From Lysobacteraceae bacterium (GTDB lineage: Bacteria > Pseudomonadota > Gammaproteobacteria > Xanthomonadales > Xanthomonadaceae), in contig JAWLBY010000003.1 in the NCBI GenBank assembly GCA_041687455.1, positions 221,823 to 285,822 of the forward strand: a stretch of DNA of 64,000 nucleotides, read 5' to 3'. Under the pieces are notes generated by a model, which saw only the letters and a program-made list of their open reading frames with translations, searched no databases and was not told the origin of the DNA. A program made the position numbers and the translations under genes. This document shows, one piece after another, positions 45,240 to 53,445 of this stretch (position 1 is its first letter; each line of letters starts with the position of its first letter).

Positions 45240-46307
45240 TCACATCCGCTCTGCGATGCCGCCGTGCAGGCCATCGCTCAGCGTGCGTTTGAGCGCGCCG
45301 AAGCGACGACGATACTGCGCCGGCGTGATGCCGACCTTGCGCCGGAACAGGCGCGAGAAGAAGCTCGGGTCCTCATAGCCGACGTCGTTCGCGATCGCTT
45401 CGACCGGCTTGCTGGTTGCCTCGAGCAATTGCTTGGCTTCCTCGAGCCGCAGCATGTGCACGAACTCCAGCGGCGACATCCCGGTCGCCTTGACGAAGCG
45501 GCGCTGGAACGAGCGTTCCGGCACGTCCATGTCGGCGGCCATCGACTGCAGCGCGGCTACCGGTGCTGCCGTTGCGAAGTGTTCGCCGAGCCAGTGCAGG
45601 CAATGGGCGACGGCCGCGTCGTCGGTGGTTCGCGCGCAGGCCAGCATCGCGTACGGCTGCTGGCCGACGTCATGCCACTCGACCAGGTACAGCCGTGCCA
45701 GTTGCATTGCTTCCTCGACACCGAACAGCCGCGCCACCAGGAACAGCGCGAGGTCGTACCAGGAGGTGCCGCCACCGGCCAGCAGCAGCCGCTGGTCGGG
45801 GCCGCTCACGATCAACGAGCAGCCGGGCCGCACGCGGATCTTCGGATAGCGCCGCGCCAGCTCGTCGCAGTAGGCCCAGTGGGTGGTCGCGTCGTGGCCG
45901 TCGAGCAGGCCGGCTTCGGCCAGCAGCAAGGCGCCGGAGCAGGCCGACGCGAGGATCGCGCCGCGCGCATGGCAGGCGCGCAGGTAGGCGATCTCGGCAT
46001 CGAAGCGACCCGCCAGCGGTTCATCGGGCGCGACCATCAGGTCGGGCACGCAGACCACCGCGGCATCGGTGACGTCATCGAGTCGGGCGTCCGGCTGGAT
46101 CCACGCGCCGTTGATGGCCCGGAATCCGCAGCCATCGGCCGATGCGATGACCGGGCTCGCCAGCGGCGGTCCGGCCCGGCCGGTCTTCAGCCAGCACCAG
46201 TCGCGTCCTGCCGAGGTCAGCAGGTCGTACATGCCGTACAGCGTGGACGCGGTGGCCGGCGGAGGGGCGAGCAGGGCCACACGCAGCGGTGCGGATCGGA
46301 TGCCCAT
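45240..46307 (-). CDS. GlxA family (DJ-1/PfpI domain + AraC-type HTH) transcriptional regulator
   Basis: N-terminal DJ-1/PfpI-like domain with ASACSGALLLAEAGLL. C-terminal AraC HTH (..VGYEDPSFFSRLFRRKVGITPAQYRRRF). Confidence 0.85.
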   Translation of the reverse strand: MGIRSAPLRVALLAPPPATASTLYGMYDLLTSAGRDWCWLKTGRAGPPLASPVIASADGCGFRAINGAWIQPDARLDDVTDAAVVCVPDLMVAPDEPLAGRFDAEIAYLRACHARGAILASACSGALLLAEAGLLDGHDATTHWAYCDELARRYPKIRVRPGCSLIVSGPDQRLLLAGGGTSWYDLALFLVARLFGVEEAMQLARLYLVEWHDVGQQPYAMLACARTTDDAAVAHCLHWLGEHFATAAPVAALQSMAADMDVPERSFQRRFVKATGMSPLEFVHMLRLEEAKQLLEATSKPVEAIANDVGYEDPSFFSRLFRRKVGITPAQYRRRFGALKRTLSDGLHGGIAERM

Positions 46308-46400
46308 GGCGGGAATCGACAGATTTCGACGTAGACGACTTTAGCACCCGGAGCTGACGCCCCGTAGCGTGGCGTCACCCTCACCTGACAGGAGATTTCC

Positions 46401-47525
46401 ATGGACCAGCTCGCCTCCGCCGCCGATGAGCGCACCGACGCCGCCGTCATCGGCGAACCATCCGCCGCCCGCGCCGCGGCGTTCGAGGAACGCTTCGTCG
46501 CCGCGCTGAACGAAGCCGGCATGCTGCTGATGGCCTCGATCGGACACCGGACCGGCCTGTTCGAAGCGCTGCGCGATGGCGCGCCGGTGACGATCGCCGA
46601 GCTCGCCGCGCGTGCCGGCGGACTCGACGAACGCTACGTCCGCGAGTGGCTCGGTGCGATGGTCGCGTCGCGGGTGGTCGAACTCGACATGTCGACGCAG
46701 CGATACCGCTTGCCGGCGGAGCATGCGCTGGCATTGACCAGCCGCGGTGCGGCGAACCTGGCGGTGTTCGCACAATACGTGCCGGTGCTCGGCGCGGTCG
46801 AGGACGACATCGTCGAATGCTTCCGGCGTGGTGGCGGCGTGCCGTACTCGCGGTATGCGCGGTTCCACGAAGTGATGGCCGAGGACAGCGCGCAGACCGT
46901 GCTGGCCGCGCTGTTCGATGCGATCCTGCCACTCGCACCGGAGCTGCCGGCCCGACTCGAGAACGGCATCGCCGTGATGGACGCCGGCTGCGGACGCGGT
47001 CGCGCACTGCTGGCGATGGCCGAGCGCTATCCGGCCAGCCAGTTCGTCGGCTATGACCTGTCGCCCGCGGCGATCGACTGGGCGCGGGCGGCCGCGGCCC
47101 GGGCCGGGCTCGCCAATGTCAGCTTCGTGCAGCGCGATCTGTCCGATTTCGCGACCAGCGCCGAGCCGGGCCGCTTCGACCTGATCACGACGTTCGACGC
47201 GATCCACGACCAGGCCGATCCGCTCGGCCTGCTGACCGGCATTCGCCGCAGCCTGAAGCCCGGTGGCGTCTATCTCGCGCAGGACATTCGTTCGTCCGGC
47301 AACCATCACGACGATCGCGAGCATCCGCTCGGGGCGTTCCTGTACGCCACATCGTGCATGCACTGCACGCCGGTATCGCTGGCCCAGGGCGGGCAGGGCC
47401 TCGGCGCGATGTGGGGACGGCCGCTGGCGGCGGAGTACCTCGGTCGCGCCGGATTCGCCAGCGTCGAGCGCCACGAGCTGGACCACGACATCCAGAACGA
47501 CTTCTACATCTGCCGGGTCGGCTGA
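46401..47525 (+). CDS. Class I SAM-dependent methyltransferase with N-terminal winged-helix-like domain
   Basis: ATG after AGGAGA. Motif I VMDAGCGRGRALL, and later FDLITTFDAIHD. Divergent from the GlxA regulator. Confidence 0.8.
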   Translation: MDQLASAADERTDAAVIGEPSAARAAAFEERFVAALNEAGMLLMASIGHRTGLFEALRDGAPVTIAELAARAGGLDERYVREWLGAMVASRVVELDMSTQRYRLPAEHALALTSRGAANLAVFAQYVPVLGAVEDDIVECFRRGGGVPYSRYARFHEVMAEDSAQTVLAALFDAILPLAPELPARLENGIAVMDAGCGRGRALLAMAERYPASQFVGYDLSPAAIDWARAAAARAGLANVSFVQRDLSDFATSAEPGRFDLITTFDAIHDQADPLGLLTGIRRSLKPGGVYLAQDIRSSGNHHDDREHPLGAFLYATSCMHCTPVSLAQGGQGLGAMWGRPLAAEYLGRAGFASVERHELDHDIQNDFYICRVG

Positions 47526-47631
47526 CGTCGCAGGCGACCGCTCGGCCGCGACAGCGGGACTCGTCGGGTCGGCACAATCGACCCGACGAACTCGACAGGC
47601 ACTCCATCACACCTCACCACCAGGAAGCATC

Positions 47632-48393
47632 ATGTTGCGAACGTTTCTGCTTGCCGGCTACGCGCTGCTCAGCTATCTGATCGGCCTCACGGCACTGTTG
47701 TCCTTCGGTGTCTTCGTGCTCGACATTGCGCCGCTGTCGATCGACCGCGGCACTGCCGCACCGCCGTTGCAGGGGCTGCTGATCGACGGTGGGATGGCGA
47801 TTGCCTATTTCGCGTTGCACTCGCTGATGGCGCGTCCGGCGTTCAAGCGGCGCTGGACGCGGCTGATACCGCCGGCGATCGAGCGCAGTACCTACGTGCT
47901 GGTCTCGGGGCTGACGCTGTTCGTGCTGATGCTGCTGTGGCAGCCGCTGCCGACGCTGGTCTGGCAGCTCCCGGCCGGGCCGGCGACGCAGGCCGCCTAC
48001 GCACTGAACGCGCTCGGCTGGATCGTGATGGTGGCGGCCACGTTCCACATCGATCATTTCGCGTTCTTCGGGCTGACGCGGGCCTGGGCATCGATTCGTG
48101 GACGAATCCCGCGGCCGACGCCGTTCGCCGCGCGGTATCTGTACGCGCTGGTGCGTCATCCGATCAGCCTCGGCTGGATGATCGTGCTGTGGGCGACGCC
48201 GGCGATGAGCGTCGGGCATCTGCTGCTGGCCGCGATCGGAACGCTGTACATCATTGCCATCACGCCGGTCGAAGAGGCCGACCTGATCGACGAGATCGGC
48301 CCCGACTACCTCGCGTATCGACAGCGAACCCGCGCATTCCTGCCGCTGCCCCGGCGGGCGGCCAGGACGGAGGCGGCCGACGCGCCGCGATAG
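47632..48393 (+). CDS. Membrane methyltransferase family protein (ICMT/NnrU-like; resembles MddA-type S-methyltransferases)
   Basis: 5-6 TM. C-terminal block YALVRHPISLGWMIVLWATP...EEADL....GPDYLAYRQRT, typical of the isoprenylcysteine carboxyl methyltransferase-like superfamily. Confidence 0.65.
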   Translation: MLRTFLLAGYALLSYLIGLTALLSFGVFVLDIAPLSIDRGTAAPPLQGLLIDGGMAIAYFALHSLMARPAFKRRWTRLIPPAIERSTYVLVSGLTLFVLMLLWQPLPTLVWQLPAGPATQAAYALNALGWIVMVAATFHIDHFAFFGLTRAWASIRGRIPRPTPFAARYLYALVRHPISLGWMIVLWATPAMSVGHLLLAAIGTLYIIAITPVEEADLIDEIGPDYLAYRQRTRAFLPLPRRAARTEAADAPR

Positions 48394-48537
48394 CGATCCG
48401 CGCTCCAGCGACCGAGCCGCGTGCCGAATCACATCCATTCATCGTTGCGATTCGATGATGGGCATGGCGGACGGCTGGCGTTGTACGCTGCCGAAGCGAC
48501 CGCGACGGTTCCGTCGCGGCAACCAGGAGATCGGATC

Positions 48538-49206
48538 ATGAAACGACGGATGATCGGCGCGATGGCACCTGCGATCCTGCTGCTGGGGCTGACCGCGTGT
48601 GGGCAGCCGGGTGAACTGCCGGCCGATTCCGAGACGCCGTCGAGTCCACCGCCGGCCAGCGAGCCTCCCGCTGCCACGGCAGCGGCGACGGGGCAGGACG
48701 GCGATCCGGCGCTGGCTCGCGCCCGGGCCGCGGCGATGGCGTTCAGCAGCGAGCTGCGCGAGACGCTGGGCAATGCGATCCGGACCTCGGGTCCGACTGG
48801 CGGCATCGAGGTCTGTCACGGCGAGGCGCCGCGGATCGCAGAACGGGTGATGGGCGAGCATGGAGTGCTGCTCGGGCGGATGTCGGTGCCGGGCCGCAAC
48901 CGCAACCCGGCGCAGGACGCTGCAGGCTGGCAGGCCACCGTGATCGACGAATTCGTCACGGCGGTCGCCGCCGGCGAGCCCGCCGGCGAGCAGCTTCGCG
49001 TGATCCGCGACGACCTGCCGGACGGCGTGGCGTTGCGGATGGTCCGCGGCATCGCGATGGAGCCGCAGTGCCAGCTCTGTCACGGCCGCGATATTCCGCA
49101 GGACGTCGCTGCCGCGATCGGCGAGCGCTATCCGGGCGATCGTGCGACCGGTTTCGATGTCGGCGATCTGCGCGGCGTGCTGTGGGTCGAGGTGCCTGCC
49201 GGTTAA
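48538..49206 (+). CDS. DUF3365 (Tll0287-like) c-type haem lipoprotein
   Basis: ATG after AGGAGA. Lipobox LLGLTAC|G. Single CxxCH (CQLCHG). DUF3365-like blocks ...L...I....G....I.VC. Confidence 0.7.
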   Translation: MKRRMIGAMAPAILLLGLTACGQPGELPADSETPSSPPPASEPPAATAAATGQDGDPALARARAAAMAFSSELRETLGNAIRTSGPTGGIEVCHGEAPRIAERVMGEHGVLLGRMSVPGRNRNPAQDAAGWQATVIDEFVTAVAAGEPAGEQLRVIRDDLPDGVALRMVRGIAMEPQCQLCHGRDIPQDVAAAIGERYPGDRATGFDVGDLRGVLWVEVPAG

Positions 49207-49272
49207 CCGAGGTCAAGCTTCGCGCTTCAGCGAGCCGTACACTCGCAGTCACCTCTGTTTCGGAACATTGCA

Positions 49273-50355
49273 ATGCACGACGGCATGCGGGGTCTTGTGA
49301 GCCTGGTCGCGCTGTGCGCGGCGATGTTGTTTCATTCGTCCGTCGGTGCGGCCGATCCCGCGCAGGGGCGCCGGATCTTCGAGACCCACTGCGTGGCCTG
49401 CCACGGCCCGGCCGGACACCCGGATCCCGACAGCGCGCTGGTGCAGGCGCTCGGCGTCACGCCGGCCAATTTCTCCGATGCCCTGTTCAACAGCCGCGAA
49501 CCGGCCGACGACTGGCGGATCGTGATCGCCCATGGCGGTCCCGCACTCGGCTTCTCGGACAAGATGCCGGCGTTCGGCGAGACGCTCGACCAGCAGCAGA
49601 TCGAGGATGTGCTCGCGTACGTCAAGACGCTCGGTGGCGCACACGACTACCCGGATGGCGCGCTCAACCTGTTCCTGCCGCTGCGCACGCGCAAGGCGTT
49701 CCCGGAGGACGAGTGGGTCTGGAAGGTGCGGCATACCGACAGCGACGGGCCGGACCAGTGGCGCCACGTGCTCGAATACGAGTGGCGGATCGGCCAGCGC
49801 TGGCAGGGCGTCCTCGAGGCGTCGTACCTGTCGCAGGGTGATCGCGATCGCTGGGACGTGCTGGAGCCGGGCTTCAAGTACGTGCTCCGGCACGACGCGA
49901 AGCGCGGCGTGATCACGACGCTCGGCGCCAATGTCGTGGTGCCGCTGCGCAGCGATCGGGACTGGGAAGTGTTGCCGTACATCGCAATGGGGCGGCTGCT
50001 CGGCGAGGACTGGACGCTGCAGTCGAGCGCGCGACTGCGCCTGCCGGTCGAGGATCCGGGCGATGGCAGCGCCGAACTGGCCGGCGTCGTCCACTGGGCG
50101 CACTCGCCATGGCCACGCAATGTGTTCCCCGGCCTCGAGCTGGTCGCCGAAGTGCCGTTCGATCGGGCGCCCGGCAACGACCGGGTGCAGCTCAGCGTGC
50201 TGCCGCAGGTGCGGATCGGGCTCAGCAAGCGTGGTCATGTCGCGGTCAATCTCGGACTCGAGGAACCTCTGAACGACCGCGACCGCTACGATCGGCGCGC
50301 CTACATGTACCTGATCTGGGACTTCGCCGACGGCGGTTTCTTCGACGGCTGGTAG
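49273..50355 (+). CDS. Class I cytochrome c domain fused to a ~250 aa C-terminal domain of unknown function (beta-rich, ends in aromatic residue)
   Basis: Signal peptide. CVACHG haem motif and distal KMPAFG Met. The C-terminal part has alternating hydrophobic/polar stretches and ends ..YMYLIWDFADGGFFDGW. Confidence 0.7.
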   Translation: MHDGMRGLVSLVALCAAMLFHSSVGAADPAQGRRIFETHCVACHGPAGHPDPDSALVQALGVTPANFSDALFNSREPADDWRIVIAHGGPALGFSDKMPAFGETLDQQQIEDVLAYVKTLGGAHDYPDGALNLFLPLRTRKAFPEDEWVWKVRHTDSDGPDQWRHVLEYEWRIGQRWQGVLEASYLSQGDRDRWDVLEPGFKYVLRHDAKRGVITTLGANVVVPLRSDRDWEVLPYIAMGRLLGEDWTLQSSARLRLPVEDPGDGSAELAGVVHWAHSPWPRNVFPGLELVAEVPFDRAPGNDRVQLSVLPQVRIGLSKRGHVAVNLGLEEPLNDRDRYDRRAYMYLIWDFADGGFFDGW

Positions 50356-50412
50356 CCGCTCGAACCGGACGCACGCCGTCGCGGCGGCGCCGCGCTCGGC
50401 TATGCTCGCCGG

Positions 50413-51885
50413 ATGTCGATCGTCGACCGCATCCGCTGGATCGGCCTTGCCGCCGGACCACTCGCTTCCGTCCTGGTGTTCCTCTGGCTGCCCGACGCCG
50501 ATGCCGGGGGGCTCGATTCGCGCGGCCGCGCGACCGCTGCGCTTGCGATCTGGATGGCACTGTGGTGGATGACCGAGGCGATCCCGCTGTCGGCCACCGC
50601 GTTGCTGCCGGTGGTGCTGTTCCCGCTGACCGGCGTGTTGCCGGCGGCGCAGGCGCTGCGGCCGTATGCATCCGACATCGTGTTCCTGTTCATGGGCGGC
50701 TTCATGATCGGGCTGGCGATGCAGCGCTGGTCGCTGCATACGCGCATTGCGCTGGCGATCGTGCGGACGGTCGGCACCGCGCCGCGGCGGCTGGTGGCCG
50801 GTTTCATGCTGGCCACTGCGGCGCTGAGCCTGTGGATCTCCAACACCGCCGCGACCGTGATGCTGCTGCCGGTCGGGCTCAGCGTGGTCGAACTGCTGCG
50901 GCGGCGGCTGGACCTCGATGATCCGCAAATCGCCGATGGCCTGTGTCGTTTCGGTACGTGCCTGATGCTCGGCATCGCCTACGGCGCCTCGATCGGCGGG
51001 CTCGGCACGCTGATCGGCTCGCCGCCGAACCTGGTGCTGGCGAACTATGCCCGCGCCGAACTGGGGCAGGACATCACGATGCTGGCGTGGATGAAGATCG
51101 GCCTGCCGCTGGTCGCCATCATGCTGCCTCTGACCTGGCTGTACCTGACGCGAGTGGTGTTCCCGCTGCGGCTGGAGGTGCCGGAGTCCGCCCGTGCCGC
51201 GATCCACGCCGAGCTCGGAAAGCTCGGGCCGATGCAGCGTGGCGAGATCATCGTCGGCGCGGTGTTTGTCGTCACGGCGCTCGGCTGGATCTTCCGGCCG
51301 CAGCTCGTCGCGTTGAGCGGCCTCGAGATCAGCGACACGACGGTCGCGATGGTCGGCGCACTGCTGCTGTTCGTGCTGCCGGTCGACTGGCGGCGCCGCG
51401 AGTTCGCGCTCGACTGGGACACCGCGCAGCAATTGCCGTGGGGGATTCTGCTGCTGTTCGGCGGCGGCCTGAGCCTGGCGGCTGCGATCAGCGCCAACGG
51501 CGTCGATGCCTGGTTGGCGTCGGGTTTCGACACACTGGCCGGCGTCAAGCCGCTGTGGGTGCTGCTCGCCGCGGCGTCGCTGATCGTGTTCCTGACCGAA
51601 CTCTCGAGCAACACGGCGATCGCCAACACGTTCATTCCAATCCTCGCCGCAGCCGCGATCGGGCTCGGCATCGACCCGATGCCGGTGCTGTTCGCCGCGG
51701 CGCTGGCCGCGACCTGTGCCTTCATGCTGCCGGTCGCAACGCCGCCGAACGCGATCGTGTTCGCATCGGGTCAGGTCAGCATCGGCCAGATGATGCGCGC
51801 CGGGGTCGGTCTGAACCTGCTTGCGATCATGCTGATCGCGCTGGTGATCCGGCTGTTCGGCGATTGGCTGCTGCCGGGCTGGTGA
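50413..51885 (+). CDS. SLC13/DASS family anion:cation symporter
   Basis: 490 aa polytopic protein with the two hairpin SNT motifs (WISNTAATVMLLPV and LSSNTAIANTFIPI). Confidence 0.9.
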   Translation: MSIVDRIRWIGLAAGPLASVLVFLWLPDADAGGLDSRGRATAALAIWMALWWMTEAIPLSATALLPVVLFPLTGVLPAAQALRPYASDIVFLFMGGFMIGLAMQRWSLHTRIALAIVRTVGTAPRRLVAGFMLATAALSLWISNTAATVMLLPVGLSVVELLRRRLDLDDPQIADGLCRFGTCLMLGIAYGASIGGLGTLIGSPPNLVLANYARAELGQDITMLAWMKIGLPLVAIMLPLTWLYLTRVVFPLRLEVPESARAAIHAELGKLGPMQRGEIIVGAVFVVTALGWIFRPQLVALSGLEISDTTVAMVGALLLFVLPVDWRRREFALDWDTAQQLPWGILLLFGGGLSLAAAISANGVDAWLASGFDTLAGVKPLWVLLAAASLIVFLTELSSNTAIANTFIPILAAAAIGLGIDPMPVLFAAALAATCAFMLPVATPPNAIVFASGQVSIGQMMRAGVGLNLLAIMLIALVIRLFGDWLLPGW

Positions 51886-52140
51886 GGCCCCACTCGTTGT
51901 GCAGCCCCGGGCCAGTTGCTGGCCGGGAGGATGGTCGGACCGATCCCGCCGAATGATTCCGGACACGGGTGCCGATCGCCCCGTCGCCGGACGTTGTCAC
52001 CATGAGGGAGTCTCTGCGTCATGGGTCTGTGTTGAGCGAGCCCGGTGACGGTTGCCGTGCTGTCTGCCATTGCGCGAATCGCTCATCCACTGTCGCAGAT
52101 CGCCGAGTCCCGGTTCCCTCCCAGCCACGAGAATGCATGC

Positions 52141-53187
52141 ATGAGTCCGATGATCCGAACGTTCGTGTTGTTGATGAGCCTGTTGCCGTCCCTGGCGCTG
52201 GCGGCGCCCGACCCTGATGCGATCAAGACTGCGGGTCGACAGTTCACCGAGCAGTTCCATGCCGGTGATACCAGCGCCATCTGGAAGCGCATGACGACGC
52301 AGATGCAATCAGCGCTGACGTCGGAGCAGGCATTCGCGGCGTTTCGGGAGCAGGTCGGAGCGCAGCTCGGCAAGGAACAGACGGTTGTCGAAGAGCAGAC
52401 GCTGCAGCACGGAGGCTTCGAGGTCTATCTCCGGCGTTCCCGTTTCGAGCGCTTCGCCGGAGTGATCGTGACCCAGTGGGCGTTCGACAGCGATGGACGC
52501 GTGGCGGGATTCTTCATTCGCCCGGATCAGTCGGCAGCAGCCGCGGCGCCGGCACCGAACCCTCATGCCGATCGTGCCACGGTGACGCCGTTGCGGCTGC
52601 CGTTCGACGACGAGTTCTTCGTTGTCTGGGGCGGACGGACGGCCGAGCAGAACTATCATGTCGTGGATCGAAACCAGCGATTTGCCTACGACTTCGTGAT
52701 CATGCGCGACGGCGCCACGCACGCCGGCGACGGTCGCCGCAATGAGGATTACCACTGCTATGGCCGGCCGATCCTTGCGCCGGCAGACGGCGTCGTCAGC
52801 GAGGTCATCGACGGCGTCGCCGACAATGTTCCCGGCCGGATGGACGCAAGCGAAGTGACCGGCAACCGGATCGTGATCGACCATGGCCATGGCGAACACT
52901 CGTTGCTCGCCCATTTGAAGCCGGGCTCGCCAACCGTCGCGGTCGGCGAGCGAGTCAGCGCCGGTCAGCCGATTGCCCGGTGCGGCAACAGCGGCAACTC
53001 ATCCGAGCCGCACCTGCACTACCAACTGCAGGATGGCCCGCAGTTCGGCAGCAGCGCCGGCCTGCCGGCACGGTTCGTCGACTATCTCGCGGACGGTCGG
53101 ACGGTCCCATCCGGCGAGCCGATCCGCGGGCAGCAGGTCCGCCCGGCCGCAACGGATCGGGCACCGGTCGCGCGGCTGGTGCGATAG
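52141..53187 (+). CDS. M23 family metallopeptidase with DUF3887-like N-terminal domain, exported
   Basis: Signal peptide MSPMIRTFVLLMSLLPSLALA. M23 motifs IVIDHGHGEHSLLAHL and GNSGNSSEPHLHYQL. Confidence 0.85.
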   Translation: MSPMIRTFVLLMSLLPSLALAAPDPDAIKTAGRQFTEQFHAGDTSAIWKRMTTQMQSALTSEQAFAAFREQVGAQLGKEQTVVEEQTLQHGGFEVYLRRSRFERFAGVIVTQWAFDSDGRVAGFFIRPDQSAAAAAPAPNPHADRATVTPLRLPFDDEFFVVWGGRTAEQNYHVVDRNQRFAYDFVIMRDGATHAGDGRRNEDYHCYGRPILAPADGVVSEVIDGVADNVPGRMDASEVTGNRIVIDHGHGEHSLLAHLKPGSPTVAVGERVSAGQPIARCGNSGNSSEPHLHYQLQDGPQFGSSAGLPARFVDYLADGRTVPSGEPIRGQQVRPAATDRAPVARLVR

Positions 53188-53239
53188 GACATCGCCGGTG
53201 ATGAGTGCCGGTTTCAGCAATCCGCTGCGCGTCATCATC

Positions 53240-53390
53240 CGCCGATAGCGGAATCGTTCCTCGCGGCCACGGCGGCGTCAGCATCGGCCAGACGATGCGC
53301 GGCGGCCTTGGCCTGAGCCCGCATGCGATCATGTCGATCGAGGATGCTCCGCCCGATCGGCCACCGGCTGCTGCCGGGCGCGCGCGTACT
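53240..53390 (+). pseudogene. Decayed remnant of the 3' end of a DASS/SLC13 transporter gene
   Basis: 53277..53384 aligns by hand to 51775..51884 (the end of the intact SLC13 gene), with roughly four-fifths of bases identical and one 2 nt gap. Translation GGVSIGQTMRGGLGLSPHAIMSI compares with SGQVSIGQMMRAGVGLNLLAIMLI. Both copies end in GGCTGCTGCCGGGC. Confidence 0.7.
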
Positions 53391-53445
53391 GGCTCGCTGC
53401 GCCATCCTCGGCAACAATCAGCGTTGGGGAAATGGAGTTAGCGCA

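Noticed and set aside
49249-51966. 905 aa ORF on the minus strand
   Set aside because: It is antisense to the cytochrome c fusion and SLC13 genes. The translation is dominated by R/Q/D/H/P runs (RRRQ, HRQQ) and has no membrane or domain features.
53323-53445. Using ATG 53323 as the NhaP start (41 extra N-terminal residues)
   Set aside because: The extension (MRSCRSRMLRPIGHRLLPGARVLARC..) is the decayed tail of the SLC13 relic read in frame. It is Arg-rich and non-hydrophobic, unlike antiporter N-termini. ATG 53446 begins directly with a TM helix.
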